Both the position numbers and the translations under genes were made by a program. 64,000 nt of DNA from the human T2T-CHM13v2.0 reference genome, Homo sapiens, in the NCBI RefSeq assembly GCF_009914755.1, contig NC_060944.1; one strand, given 5' to 3'. The notes under the pieces were generated by a model. It was not told where the DNA came from and did not search any database. It worked only from the letters and a program-made list of their open reading frames with translations. Below, piece after piece: positions 1-15,193 of the stretch. Positions within the stretch are counted from its first letter, which is position 1. Every line of letters starts with the position of its first letter.

Positions 1-2476
1 CTGTCCCTTAGAGAGGGCGAGCTGGGCTCATGGGGATGCAGAGGCAGCTGCCCTTTCCCACTGGGTGACCCTGGTGGAAATCTGGGAGCTGAGGGTGTGG
101 ACTGCCTGCAGGGAGGCCTCACCTAATACCTCTAATAAAAGCACCCCTCGTGTGCCGGGCACTGACCTGGAAGTTGGAGTGACTCACTTGAGGCACCAGA
201 AATGCTCGCTGCAGTGCAGATGTTAGGACCTGGGTTCAGAAAGCAGATCCCTAAATGAGCCTCTGGGGTCCACGGCTTCTGGTCCACGTGCCCACGGCTT
301 GGTGAGGTCTGGGAGGTCTCCCTGAGGGAGGCAGGACTTGAGTGGGACCGTGAAGGGCAGAAATAACCTGAAAAGTGGGGACAAGGCAGAGGATAGAGAA
401 ATGGAGGGAGGGAAGGCCTCCCAGGGCACAGTCCTTCTCGGAGGCCCGGAGACATGCCTTCTCCCCAGTTACCCTCCAATAAAGGGAATGCAGCACCACA
501 AGAAGACTCAGTGGCACCATCCCTGGCTGCAGAGGGGCCACCCAGCTGCTCACGGTGTCCTCACTCCATTCTCATTCTTTGCCTAATGCTGATGTCTCGC
601 GTGGAATATTTTTCTTATCTACTTTGATAAGACATGGAGGTCAGAAGAAAATAGTTCTCAAACCAGAGTTGGCCTAAAACACTACACAGGCTGTAAACCA
701 CAGATTTCCTTCTGCATACCATCCCTGCTTCCTCTTCCCATCTGACTGTAAGGGAAAGCAGGAACTCCAGAAAGGGGTCTTTGTAACACACTTCCAGGAG
801 ATTTTTCTGCAAGTGGTCTCAGGCCACACTTCAGGAAACAGACTCAGACCATCAGCACTGGAAGGAATGGTGGAGTTTGGCCAGCCCAGTGTTTCCAACT
901 GTGCGGATAAGACCCCTGCCGGGATGACCCTGGGAGAAGAGGTGAGGGTGAGCAGGTGCGTGGGTGCAAGGCCCCTTCTCAACCCAGGCAGGTCAATGTT
1001 ATGTTTATGTGTTTTTATAGGGGCTTCTGGTAGTATTAGGTATAAGAGGGGTTTCAATGCTTTTAAAAAAACAAAAAGGCTGCAAACCACAAATCTCACC
1101 CTACAGTGTCACTCATGGACAGGGCCAGCCGGGAGTGTGAGCAAGACACAGGGCCTTGATGTCAGCCAGACTGTGGCCTGGGCAATGGGGTTGAACTTTC
1201 CTGAGACTCTGGTCCATAAAAGGCAGATAACACCTTCCACCTTGGCCTCCAGGGGACAACCCATAGGCCCCCCCGGGGTCAGTTCCCTTCCCTAGTCCAG
1301 GACCAAAGGGAAGCCATTTCCCAGTTCCTGGCCCAGGCTCAGTCCACCAAGTATGGTGGGAAGGCAGAGGCATGGAAGGCTTTAGCGGTACCCTCCAGGT
1401 GTTTGGGGCATAGCTGGGGTACAGCACGCAGCCTGAGCCCTGTTGAGGCTGCTGAGAGCTGACAGAGTGGGCTTTACAGGGAGACAGACACGGTGGGCAT
1501 TCTGAGAAGGTGGACTATAGCAGCAGGCGGAAGCAGGGGGCCTGGAACCAGGAGTGGAAGAGCAGAAGAGTTTCGAAGCAGTGCAGCCTTCTGCTGGGTG
1601 TTTTGGGTAATTCTGAAGTTGGGCGTGGACAGGAGGGATGCATGAGGCTGGGCACCCCACACAGACATGGGGCCTAAAAATGCTGGGAATGAGAGTCACA
1701 TCGGAGGACCCTCCACAGCCCCCGGCACTCATCCAGGCAGTGATGCCTCCAGTTCACACCCTGGGTGGGGGGCAAATGTTAGTATCGACCTCCCTGAAAA
1801 GTAGCAAGGAAGGCTTTTTTTTTTTTTTTTGCCAAAACTTGCATAAGACTTAGAAAGTTCCAAATGGCTCTTCTTGCTTATCCAGCGCTTTTGGCTGCCT
1901 GTGACACACTGTCCCTGAAGCACCAAAATTTCATAAGAGCTGAGGATAAAACCCAAAGAGGGCCACTCTCCAAGTCACCCAACATCCCAGACTTCACACT
2001 TCACAGGGTGAAAAGAATGTAGTCTTCTAAACATGATGCAAAGGTGTTAGCAAACTCAGAAGGTCTAAGTCACAGCAAGATTTTCTTTTATTCCACTTCC
2101 CTGCCAAGGATTTCAGTGGAACAAAATAAACCAGACCTCCAAACAGCACGACTAAGTGTGAAAGATTCAGTTATCTTTAGGTTTCTTCAAGCAGTATTTG
2201 GCAAGCCGCTGTTTTTGGATCACGTATTTTCCACAATAAGTCAATAGATATTCCATTCAAAAAAAGAAGCAAAATGAGTTTGAATGTTTTGTCAAATTAT
2301 GCTTGAGCATAGCTGTATACTTACCCTGGCTTGGCAATTAAAATATTTATTAGCATATTAAATTCACAAACAACTATAAATAAAGAAACCTGGTTTACTT
2401 AAAAGCAGTGTTGTCCATTGGAAAACATGGCATCATGCTATGGATTGAGTGCCCTGTGTAATCCGTAGAGAGCTCA

Positions 2477-2881
<405 letters not shown>

Positions 2882-3814
2882 GGGCATGGTGTAGCCTGTG
2901 CTACTGAAGGGTCCTTTATCTCTGTCAGCCATTCCTAAAGTCCACTAGAGAATAACAAAATATTCTTTTTCCACCAATTGGTATTTATTTCTGTGATAAC
3001 TGAAGAGTTCCGCCACACAAGCATCACCCGGGTCAGCTGCCACAGACAGTGACCATATTTGTGAGGCTTACATGGTGACCAGGAGCTTAAATTGACCTCA
3101 GACCTCAAGAATCTCCTGATAATCTGACCACGATTAAAACGTGGCCCACAATCCTTTCAGCACGTGAAATGACTGGCCAGGCTTTCCAAGAATCCCAAAG
3201 ACTTCAGCCCAAACAAGAAGCTGACCTCTTAGACCAGCAGCAGATCATCCTACCGCGGCTCTTTTCCTTATTTGTTAAGGCCCCGCTTCTTGTCATTATA
3301 TCGTCAGCACGATTATTCGGTGTGTTTTCTGGTTGTGTGGTTTATGCACTATTTATTTCCTGATTCTTATCTTTTTCTCCAAGAATAGCAGCACAGACAT
3401 CAAGTCAATTTCAGCATGGATTTATTCTGCCTGGAAGGTGGGTCCCAGTCACACTAGTACAGAGGTGACAAAATCATGTGTGTCCAGCAACTAAGTCCGC
3501 AACGCAGTCCCATTTAGTCCTCAGGGAGCTCATATGGCAGAAGGACTTGTTTCCCAGGAGAGGGCCGGGGCCTGGAGCAGGCTGATGGATTGCTCCTCCA
3601 GCAGCTGCAGAACTGGGCCTAGGACCGGGGCTCACTCTACCACTCATCTGCCCCGTCCCCATTAGCACCTAGCCTCAGAACAGCATTTATGAAGCACTTA
3701 CCACACATACCCAGGAAAGGCTCGTGTTCTGCAGTGGTTACCTTACAATTCAGAATGAACTTTGAACAAATCCCTGAAGACAACGAGGCTGGCCGTGGAT
3801 GTGCAGCTGCCTTG

Positions 3815-3960
3815 CGCCTTAGTGTGTCATCTGTAAAATGAGGTAATAGCAACGTATGTCTCATGGGTTACTACTGTCAGAGTCAAATGAGGTAATTGTA
3901 GGTAACGCCCTTTGCACAGTGTCAGGCACACCATGAGAGCTGGAAAAGCGTTGGCTTTTA
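3815..3960 (+). mobile_element. MIR fragment
   Basis: MIR core TCATCTGTAAAATGAGGTAATA...TCAAATGAGGTAAT...GCACAGTGTCAGGCACA. Confidence 0.75.
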
Positions 3961-5185
3961 ACATTCCTCTTATTCTTCCTTTCTGTTTTCTGAATTTCTG
4001 GGTTTCATATTGAAGTGTGGAGAGGGATGAGTTTCAAAGGAGGTAGAGAGTCCCTTAAGCTAAAGGTTTTCCTTTGGAGGGCTGGGGGCCAAGAACACGA
4101 GAACCTTCTCTATCTGCAGGGCCTGGTCTTGCTTCCACATTGTGGAACCAAGGGCCAGCAGAGAAAGATAGAGACTAACCCCAGCCCCAGGCCCCAGAGG
4201 TGGGGGCTCCAGGATCACAAAGACCCCAGCTTGGCTCCGCCTCTCTCTTTCTCAATGCATGAGCAGCAGCACTGAGGGGACTGGGGCTTCCTGGAATTTT
4301 AAAAAGGGTTTTTCTAACAATTCCTGGAACTGTGAAGTCAGTGGGGAAGGTCATGGGTGGAGTGAGGTCATGGGCCTAGCTCCAGAAGTGTGCCGACAGA
4401 TAAGGCGCCTTGGTCTGGGGCTCTCCAGCCTCTAACGCCCAGATGGCTTCCCTCTGGGGCTGCAAAGTTTACAGGAGAGACCAGATGATGGCACTGACAA
4501 TGGAGGGTGGGTCTCCTCTACACTTCCCACCCCAATAGCTGCCTTTGCCCTAGAGGGGCCCAGACACATTCGTTGGCAGTAAAAGCTTCACCCTCCAGAG
4601 CAGAAGGGGAGGCCCACAGGCTTCTCCCTGAACTTCATCATCCCAGTGGATGCAGGGTCGGGGTATTTAGGGCTCTTTTCTAAGGAGCTGCATTAGGATC
4701 TCGGCACATTTTTTTCTTTGTTAATTTTGTTTATCTATCAATTCAACTTATTTGGGCTAAGGCCAGAAAAAGATTAGCTGGGATTTAGGGAGCATCCGTA
4801 TCAGTTTATTGTGTCTGTATTATGTAGGCGTCATTGATACGATGCAAACTCACTTTAAATGCCAACAGGCATCAGCAGGTGGAGATAGTAAGGTTAGCGC
4901 CCTTCACTAGAAGGCACAGACACTGGTTAGGGAGGGAGGAAGGCAGAGCCAGCAGCCAGCTCCTGTGGTGCCGGTTATCAACCGGTTATCAGATGGGTGC
5001 TGTGAGCAACTGATCTCCCTGGCTATGAGTCTGTTCTGGAAAACTGCGGCCTAACCAAGGCTGTCCCGGGCTCTTCCAGCTGCTCAGAGGGAGGGTCCTA
5101 AGATCTTACAGACATAGCTAGGTCATGCTTCCCATGTCAATCAGGGCAAACAGAACACACTAACAGTGAACAAGTCCAAGAGGGG

Positions 5186-7298
<2,113 letters not shown>

Positions 7299-7857
7299 AT
7301 AAATACACACAAAATGTCTGCACAGAAACCCTGTTTTTGAAGGAAATGCCCTGTATTGTCAGTGAGTCAGACGTGGGCTGTGCTCCCAAACCTGGGTGGA
7401 TTGTGCCCTCTGTGGCCCATCACTGCAGAGGGTGTCAGTGTGAGGAGGAAAAAAAGGGGAGTGGACAGGCTCTGGGCCACAGGCCCACTGCCCACTGTGG
7501 GACAGAGAGTGCTTCCCTGCTCTCAGGAGAAGAGAAAGCATGTTGCTCATGCACATAACACATTCACCTTATAGGGGGCCACTGGACTTCTAGCTTCCCA
7601 GACCTGGTTCATCTAAGGGAAAGCCATTTGTAGGGGCAGAAATGTTCCTAACTTCCTGTTCAGGGTCTCTTAATTCTATGGACATGAATGACGGCAAGGG
7701 CCATTATGCATTGATTCTGATGTGCAGAGTTCCAGTCTGAGCAGGACTATGCCTGTTGTACAGACTGGAAAGCTGTGACTTCAAGGGGTTAAGAAACCAG
7801 CCAGAGGCCGCACAACCAGCAAGCCGCAGAGGTGGACGGAGCCAGGCCGTTGGGTTC

Positions 7858-8280
7858 TGTTTGGGTTGTTTCTTGCTATTTAACAGACTGCCCTAAATCT
7901 CAGTGACTTAACACCCATTTTGTCACCTCTCTGGGTTGGGTAGGGTGGGGGCTCAGCTGGACACTTCTCCCGCTGTTTTTCTTGGGGTCTTTCCTGTAGT
8001 TTTAGCTCGATGGTGGAGGGGCCGGGGGTCATCTGGAGGTTAGACCAGGTGGAGGGGCCTCTCTTATTGTCTCCACATGTCCTGTCTTGTGGCCTCTCCA
8101 GAAGGGTGGCTCAGGGTTCCCAGGAATGAGTGATCCAGTGAGAAGCAGCAGCAGCTGTGGCCTCTCGCGGGCAGGCGGGAAACCGACACCGTTCACTGGT
8201 AGGTATTCTGCTGGTTAGGCGTGAGTCAGCGCCTGGCCCAGATTCCACCCTGGAGGGGCTGCACCAGGGCGTGAACTCTC
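7858..8280 (-). mobile_element. MLT1 (ERVL-MaLR) LTR, old F/G/H-like
   Basis: Degenerate MLT1 reverse-strand motif TTGCTATTTAACAGACTGCCCTAAATCTCAGTGACTTAA...GGCTCAGCTGG...GTGGCCTCTCCA. Confidence 0.55.
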
Positions 8281-9226
8281 GGGGCGTGGCTCCCCAACCC
8301 TCTTTAGAAACATTACCTTGAACACCATAGCTCAGAGCAGTAATCACCAGTCCACTGAGGCAGCAGAGGGGCCTACGGCTGGGACTGTGGGAACAGGGAA
8401 GCTGCACCCAGGGCTTCACCCACAGGCACCATCGCTTACTCTGCCTGGCTCGCGGGTCGGTGAAGGGAGTGGCTGCCCTTCTGCTCAGCTCGGTCTTTGT
8501 CCCATTATTTTCTCCATTTGTTCTGCTGAAGAGACAGCCAGGAGGCAGTGAAGTGGCCCCTCCAAGGTCAAGGCAGCATGCAAACCCCACCTGCCCGCTG
8601 AGCCTGACATTTATTTTATCACAATGGGTTTCAAGCAGGAAGATTGCCCTGTCCTGAGGACAGGACAGCCAGCTTCATGGGCACTTGACATGAAAACCTC
8701 CAGTGGCCTCAGTACCCAGGTGGGGGTGGGAGCACTGCAACCCTCAGGGCAAAACCAAGGAACATGAAGGTGTTGGGGATGCACCTGGGCCTCAGCCTGG
8801 CAAAGAGCCCAAGAAACACCCAGGTAGACTTTGGGAGTGGGAAAGACTCCACCCACGGTCTCCGAGAGAAGGAGGCTAATGGGGCAGGGGGTGAAGACAG
8901 GATAAATGAAGGAACGCAAGAAGCCTAAGGGGGAAGGTGGTTTGAGGGCTGAAGCCCAGGTTGAGACTAGAAGGCCAGGCAGAAGCATTCAGATCCCAGG
9001 TCCTGTAAATTCTTTCCCACTGGGGAAAGAATTTGTCCTACAGGAAGGCTGAGGAAAGGCTCTGCTGAGTCTATCTTCGCTTTGTTTTTTGCAAGAAAAG
9101 TTTTCCTTTTGTGAAAACTTATCATACAGATTGGGCCATTCTTGTCACACCCAACTAAAACACAGTCAAGAATCCAGTGGGGATAGCACCCAGAGCACAA
9201 TACATTGCTCCAAAAATGTAATTATC

Positions 9227-9572
9227 TGTAGGCCTAGCAGCTGAAACTGCCTGCAGTAGCCTGAAACCAGTTTTATCTAAGACTCCTGAAATGACCTGCT
9301 GCAACTCTCAGACTAGCTTTGCCCATGGCTGTCACTTCCCAATCAGAGCTTGCCAGCTACTCAGAACCTTACTAGTGCTGGTGAAATTTCTCAAAGAGCA
9401 ATGCATAACATTTCTTCTTTCTATAAAACCTCTGACCTTCTATTTGTTCTTCAGAGAGAGCACTTTTGATTCACGCTGGAAACTCTCTCCATCAGTTTGG
9501 TTTGCAAACTGATGTTGACATTAAAGCCCTCTCTTCGACTACCCAGCCATCCTGGTGGTCCTTTGGGTAACA
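9227..9572 (+). mobile_element. Probable ERV1-class solo LTR fragment, family unresolved
   Basis: CCAATCAGAGCTTGCCAGCT, then TATAAAA, ending GGTAACA; this is a typical LTR CCAAT/TATA/CA layout. Confidence 0.45.
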
Positions 9573-10829
9573 CTTGCTTCATGAGGCTGTACAATGGTCT
9601 AATAAGAGGGCAGAGGAAATTCATGGTAAGCCCTTTATCCCCAGGGACAGCTCCTGGCAGGACAGGTGCTGGAGGAGGGGGAAGGCTTTCTGTCCTTTTT
9701 CATTGCTTATCCCTTTTGTCTTGCCTGCATCTGATGTTGAGTTTGGTTTCTCAGATTAATATTTCTTTCCAGAGTAGCCAAAAAAATCATCTGCCACCGA
9801 GTTGGACTGGTTAGAGCACCCTCCCCTTGCATTTTTAATGATCTGACCAAATAATAATAATTCCCAAAGAGTCCTTAGAAATCCAGAGAGGTAGGTTTGC
9901 AAAATCAATGTTGAAAATGTCAGAACAGGCTTGCAAAATTCACATTACAAAAATTGCATGCAGCCCCCGCAATCAACTGAAGGCATCTGGCTGTTGCAGA
10001 CACACCAGCCTCACCTGGCTTACCTCAGGTCTCCAATTTGCCCATCCATTTGCAGGGCTTCTCAAGCTCTCTGGGACCACCCAGCTGAAACAGAAGCACT
10101 GTGCTGTCCCCTGGGTAAGGAGGGAAGCCGGGCTGCTAGAATGACAAGGCATGGGAAAAAGGCCTGACTCCTGAAATATTGTTCATTCTCCAAAAGCTGT
10201 CTGATCAAGGATTTTCAGATGCATGAAGTCAAAGTTACCTACCCTTTTTCAGGGCAACGATATGGAAATGTAAGTCAAGATAAGCAGAGGAAAGGCAAAG
10301 AACTGTGAGGCCTGTGAGGGAGGCCAAAAAATATGCTCTGGCATAAGCCAGCAAGGGCAGCTTCTCAAGAAAAGAAATTCCGGCCCTTGACTCTTATGGA
10401 CCCATTCTCTTTCTGTTGGCCTTAGACACAGAAACTAAGACACATGTTTAGTCAACGATGAATATATGAACATTAACATCAGACAAGATATTTGAAATTG
10501 AAAGTGACCTAGAAAATAAAACTATTGAGTGTATGATCATGTTAGACCCTACCTGCTGAAAAATTCCTTTAACAAGGGGTTGATTAAGTGGCATTTTAGA
10601 ATTTAGAAAGCACTTCTCAGCTACAAAGATGATTGCTAGTTTCTTACCTAATCACAAAGAGGCACAGACTGGTGTTTTCTCTGTGGCTTTTACAGAGACC
10701 ATAGTATATTATATACACAGCTCTACACTTAGTTTCTCTCTCTGAGCAAGAGTAGAGGGTTGCCTTGTTCTGTTAACGCTTTGGAGTGAGGTTAGCTTTG
10801 TGTGTGTGTAGGATTTATTCAGCTCTGGC

Positions 10830-11340
10830 CCCAGTCATTGGATAAAGGGTTTGCTATGATAAACATCTGAGCCTACATGCATGTATGGACACGTACAGGA
10901 AACGTCCTTACATGGGGACGCGTCAGGCACGTGGTGTTGGCATTCTTTACTTTGTGTGATGCTGCCAATCACCCTCTGTGAAGGTGGTGCTGGTTCACAC
11001 TGCTCATCCTCACTTCATGGTGTGGGCACACTCCCTGGTGGGTCCCAACCTGCCGGGTGAAGCAGGAGCAACTCACTGCAGTTTTGAGTGCGTTTTTCTC
11101 ATCTTTCCCTGTGTATAAGAGGCAGTTATTTGAACAATGAGATCACATGGACACAGGAAGGGGAATATCACACTCTGGGGACTGTGGTGGTGTGGGGGGA
11201 GGGGGGAGGGATAGCATTGGGAGATATACCTAATGCTAGATGACGAGTTAGTGGGTGCAGTGCACCAGCATGGCACATGTATACATATGTAACTAACCTG
11301 CACAATGTGCACATGTACCCTAAAACTTAAAGTATAATAA

Positions 11341-11385
<45 letters not shown>

Positions 11386-11760
11386 AGAGGCAGTTATTTT
11401 TCTGTTTCTGTCTCTATCCCTTGTCCATTTGCTGTGGAGTTGTTGATTTTTTAATCATGGATTAATAATAATAACTTGAAATAAAAAAACTAACCCCTTT
11501 GAATTTGATATATGATACAAATATATTTCACACTATCATGTTTTAATTTTTTTAAGTTTTGTTTTATTAATACGTAGATTATTTCTATTTTATATGCAGT
11601 TAATGCATTAATTTTTTGGTTTTTATTTCTTGTCCCTTATTCATACTTCTCTTCTTTACCCCAAAATTATTTATTTTTCTAATTCTCCTACATTTCCTTC
11701 CAGTAAATTTATGATTTCACCTTTAGGTGAAATAGCATTATACTTAAATGCTATGTTATA
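10830..11760 (-). mobile_element. Very old L1M (L1ME-like) fragment, host of the L1PA2 insertion
   Basis: Degenerate antisense L1 ORF2-end phrases (CCTTGTCCATTT...GTTGTTGATTTTT, TAACCCCTTTG...ATACAAATATATTT). Confidence 0.45.
11132..11384 (+). mobile_element. L1PA2-type 5'-truncated L1 (3' UTR only) with a (TAAA)n tail
   Basis: GATAGCATTGGGAGATATACCTAATGCTAGATGACGAGTTAGTGGG (GAG, not the Ta-type ACA). Perfect 15-bp TSD AAGAGGCAGTTATTT at 11117-11131 and 11385-11399. Confidence 0.93.
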
Positions 11761-13279
11761 CCATATATATTTAAATGCTATATTAAAATGTCCATCCTGG
11801 ACAAAGTCTGGAGCTCCTCAATCTCAGTTTTGTCTTCATGTTTTGCACAAGCTTTCTCTCTTTGTGTCTGGCTTACATTCTGCGTGTTGTTTTGGATGTG
11901 TGTGTTCCTCCTGCTTATTTGGACATTGTGAGTTCCATTTCTAGCTCATTTTGTTGTTACTCCTGTAACTCTATCCTTTGATGAGATAATGTACCCGTGA
12001 TTTAGACAGAATTTTCGAAGCACTGTGCTTTTTCTATTTCCCTCCATCACCTGACCTTAGTTATGTTATTTTTAAAAATTCTTCTAGTGTTTACATCTGT
12101 TCTTTAAATATTAATTGATTTTATCAATTTGAATGGATTCCTTTTGGACCCTAGGAACAAGTATGGCATGTCCGAGGTATTCAGCTTATAACCAGGGCTT
12201 TCAAGATTACTTGAAAGGAAAACATTCAAAAATGTATTTTAAAAAATTGTTAAACAGGGAAGCATGAGACATTATGATGCAAACAGAGTGACCTAATGTT
12301 CTTAGCTAAGCAAGGGAGAGGTCCTCAGGGTCAGGTTTTCCAGGACGCAGTGCTACCCCAGCTTCCCTCCCCGCACCAGAGTGACTTTGGGGGCTGTCAG
12401 CCACACCCCACTCTGAGTCGGCCTAAGCTGAGTGTCAAGCATTGTGGACATGGCTGCAGCCAGCGGTCCTGGGTATGTCCCTCTGCTGACCACTTGACAC
12501 CCAGTCCTGGTGGCTTTGACCGCAGCTTGGTCTTGGAGCTGTCCCCATGGCCCTCAGAGTCTCTGAAGGGAGGAATCCAGGAACACTACAGTAAACCAAA
12601 GCCCAGCTCTTTGCGAGGGCTGTGCTTCCATAAGTAAGGCACAGGCTGCGAAGTGCTCACCAGGAGTAGAGGTCCTCAAGAGACCCTCTCTGTCCTTTGT
12701 CCAGCCTCCTGGGCATCAGTGCCATCATCTCTGGGGACAGCGTGTATCTGTAGCTGTTCACTTTGTAAGCCTAATGCCCAGCATCTGTCTCCTGGGCATC
12801 TGTGTCCTGGGCATTAGGCTTAGAAAAACAAATGACAGGTGCCTCTGGCCTCTTGGGCCTCACAGTGTTTTGAGAACAGACACCTAGATAAGTGACAAAA
12901 CGTCAAAGCTCCAAAGAGCAGCAGCAGGTGCAGGCAGGGGACCCTGACATAGAGATAGTGACTCTGCTTTCAGGGGGACACTGAAGAGTGTGATCTGAGG
13001 GGAGGTGGAGGGCTGAGCAAGCAGAGATTAGGCAGTGTTGGGATGGGGCCATTCCTCCAGCCTCCTGCCCACCATCTCACAACTCCAGTTTTTCCCACTT
13101 CCCGGTACCTCCTGTTAAAACCCTTTGAGACGGGACACATGATGAAAGCATTTGCACGGCCTTGGTCAGCTCGGACATCTGCCAAGGCTTGGATTCTCCT
13201 TTCATCAAAGCCAATGGATTCTGCACGCAGCTCCCAAGAGCTGGAAACAAAGTGGGAGAACCCTGTCTGGAGCAGTGTA

Positions 13280-13560
13280 TTCATTCATGCGTGCATTCAT
13301 TCAACGTGCATTTATCAAAGGGCCACTTTGATGTGCTGGAGATATAGGGATGAACAAACCGGACCAAGTCCTCCCCCGCACAGGGCTTGCCTTCTAGTGG
13401 GGTGGCAGCCAACATGAAATTAAACACAAGTATACTATCGAGTAGGTAAATGCTATGAACAAAAATGCAAAAAGCCAGATGCTCAAGGGCAGAGGCTGAT
13501 GTTTTGGGTACGGTGGTTTGGGAAGGCCTCAGGAGCTCACCTTTGAGCACTAGGTGTGGC
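13280..13560 (-). mobile_element. L2 3' end
   Basis: ATTCATTCAAC...ATTTAT...GTGCTGGAGATATAGGGATGAACAA...CTTCTAGTGGG, the antisense L2 tail. Confidence 0.75.
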
Positions 13561-15039
13561 CAACATGTCGAGGGTAATGGGGTAGGTTTGACTAATCAAC
13601 CACAAAAGAAGGCCTCTGACAGAACTTAGAGGAAGTAGCAAACGTTGCAGAAGGAACTAAGTTTGTCAAATCACAGCCTGTGTAGTATCTGGTCACAGAG
13701 AGAGTGGGTGGGCCAGGCCTGCATGGATCCTTGAGGAGAGGTCTTAGGCCGGCCGACAGCAGTCCAGGAAACATACCAGAGCAGTGCCCCTGGATAGGCT
13801 CTGGTCCAGCATGGGCTATGGTCCAACCCGGCCAGGGAAGCCCCCAGCCCCAGGCTGAAGGATGTACAGCAGGCGGCTTTCCTGGAAATGCTGGCTCGAT
13901 CCAGGTCAGGTGCACGGAGTGAGGCCTAGTGGTGCCGTGAATGCCCACTCCTGCCACCAGCCCAACTCAGTGCAGAGGGGGACCTAGATACATTTGCTAG
14001 ACAACAGGGTGCCAGGGCATTCTCTTCTCTTCTCATAACATAATATTTCCTGTACTATAGCTTACACTTCAGTAGGTGGCGAAGTCCACGTGAGCTAAGC
14101 ATTCTGTGCAGTGGTGATTTTTGATGATTTCTGGTAGCAAATTGAGCCAATAAAATGTGACCACCATGAAGGTAAGAAGGTAATCAGGGTCTTTAGAGTC
14201 TTGAATGCATGGGTTATGAGCCCCACATTTCGGTCGCCTGTTAAATATCAGGCCTTTCTGGGTGATGGGCTGTCTAATATTCTTTCTTGCCTGTATTTTT
14301 CTACATTGTTTGAATTTTATATCTACACATGTATCGTTTAAAAGGGAAGCTCTTTTCCAAAATGCTAACACTCCTGTTTTCATAAGTATGATTTTCATAA
14401 TCCCAAAGCAGGAAAAGCAGTCATCTCTGTGCTGAGCACTAGGGAAACCTCAGATGACTCAGCCCCATGGAAAGCAAGCCACTTCCTGCCGTGTTAAAGG
14501 AGACTGCGCTGACCTTCAAATCCAGCGAGTGGTGACACGGGTCTGTCAGCTAGTGTTAGGGATTGTGTAGTTATTTTTTATGAAGGACACAGGAAGCCAG
14601 AGAAAAGAGACATTCAGAAGGGAGAGAATTCTAGAAATTCATCACATTTTGTGGGAATCCTTAAAATAATAAGTTTGCAATAAAACTATTTTGAATCACT
14701 GAAAGTTTCACTTGTCTTTGGGATTCTATTATCTGGTAAAACAACAACAAAACAATCTCCTAACATCTTTTATTTCATGAGTTGTAGAACCAAGTTTAGA
14801 TTTTGTACAAAGTTGTAAATTTGTATAGAAAGCACATGATTTATGGGGATAGGATAATTCCATCCAAACCAAAGGACAGGTAGGCAACAAAAATCTAGAA
14901 GCTCTTGGTTTCTTAGCAGCTAGTGATGCTGGAGAAATTTCTATTTCCAAGGAAAGAAGGAAGAAAAAGAGGGGGAGAGTGAGGTGAGGAGGGAAGAAAG
15001 AAAGAAGGCAGGAATACAAATGTCTAGATAGATATAATA

Positions 15040-15130
15040 TGTGTGTGTATGCATGTGTTTATTTGTGTGTGTAGGTATTTATGTGTGCAGGTATTTGTGT
15101 ATGTGTATTTGTGTGTGTATGCATATATTG

Positions 15131-15170
<40 letters not shown>

Positions 15171-15193
15171 TGTATGCATGCATGTATATTTGT
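15040..15193. repeat. (TG)n / TG-rich simple repeat
   Basis: Pure TG run at about 15137-15169 inside a TGTA/TGTG-rich tract. Confidence 0.95.
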
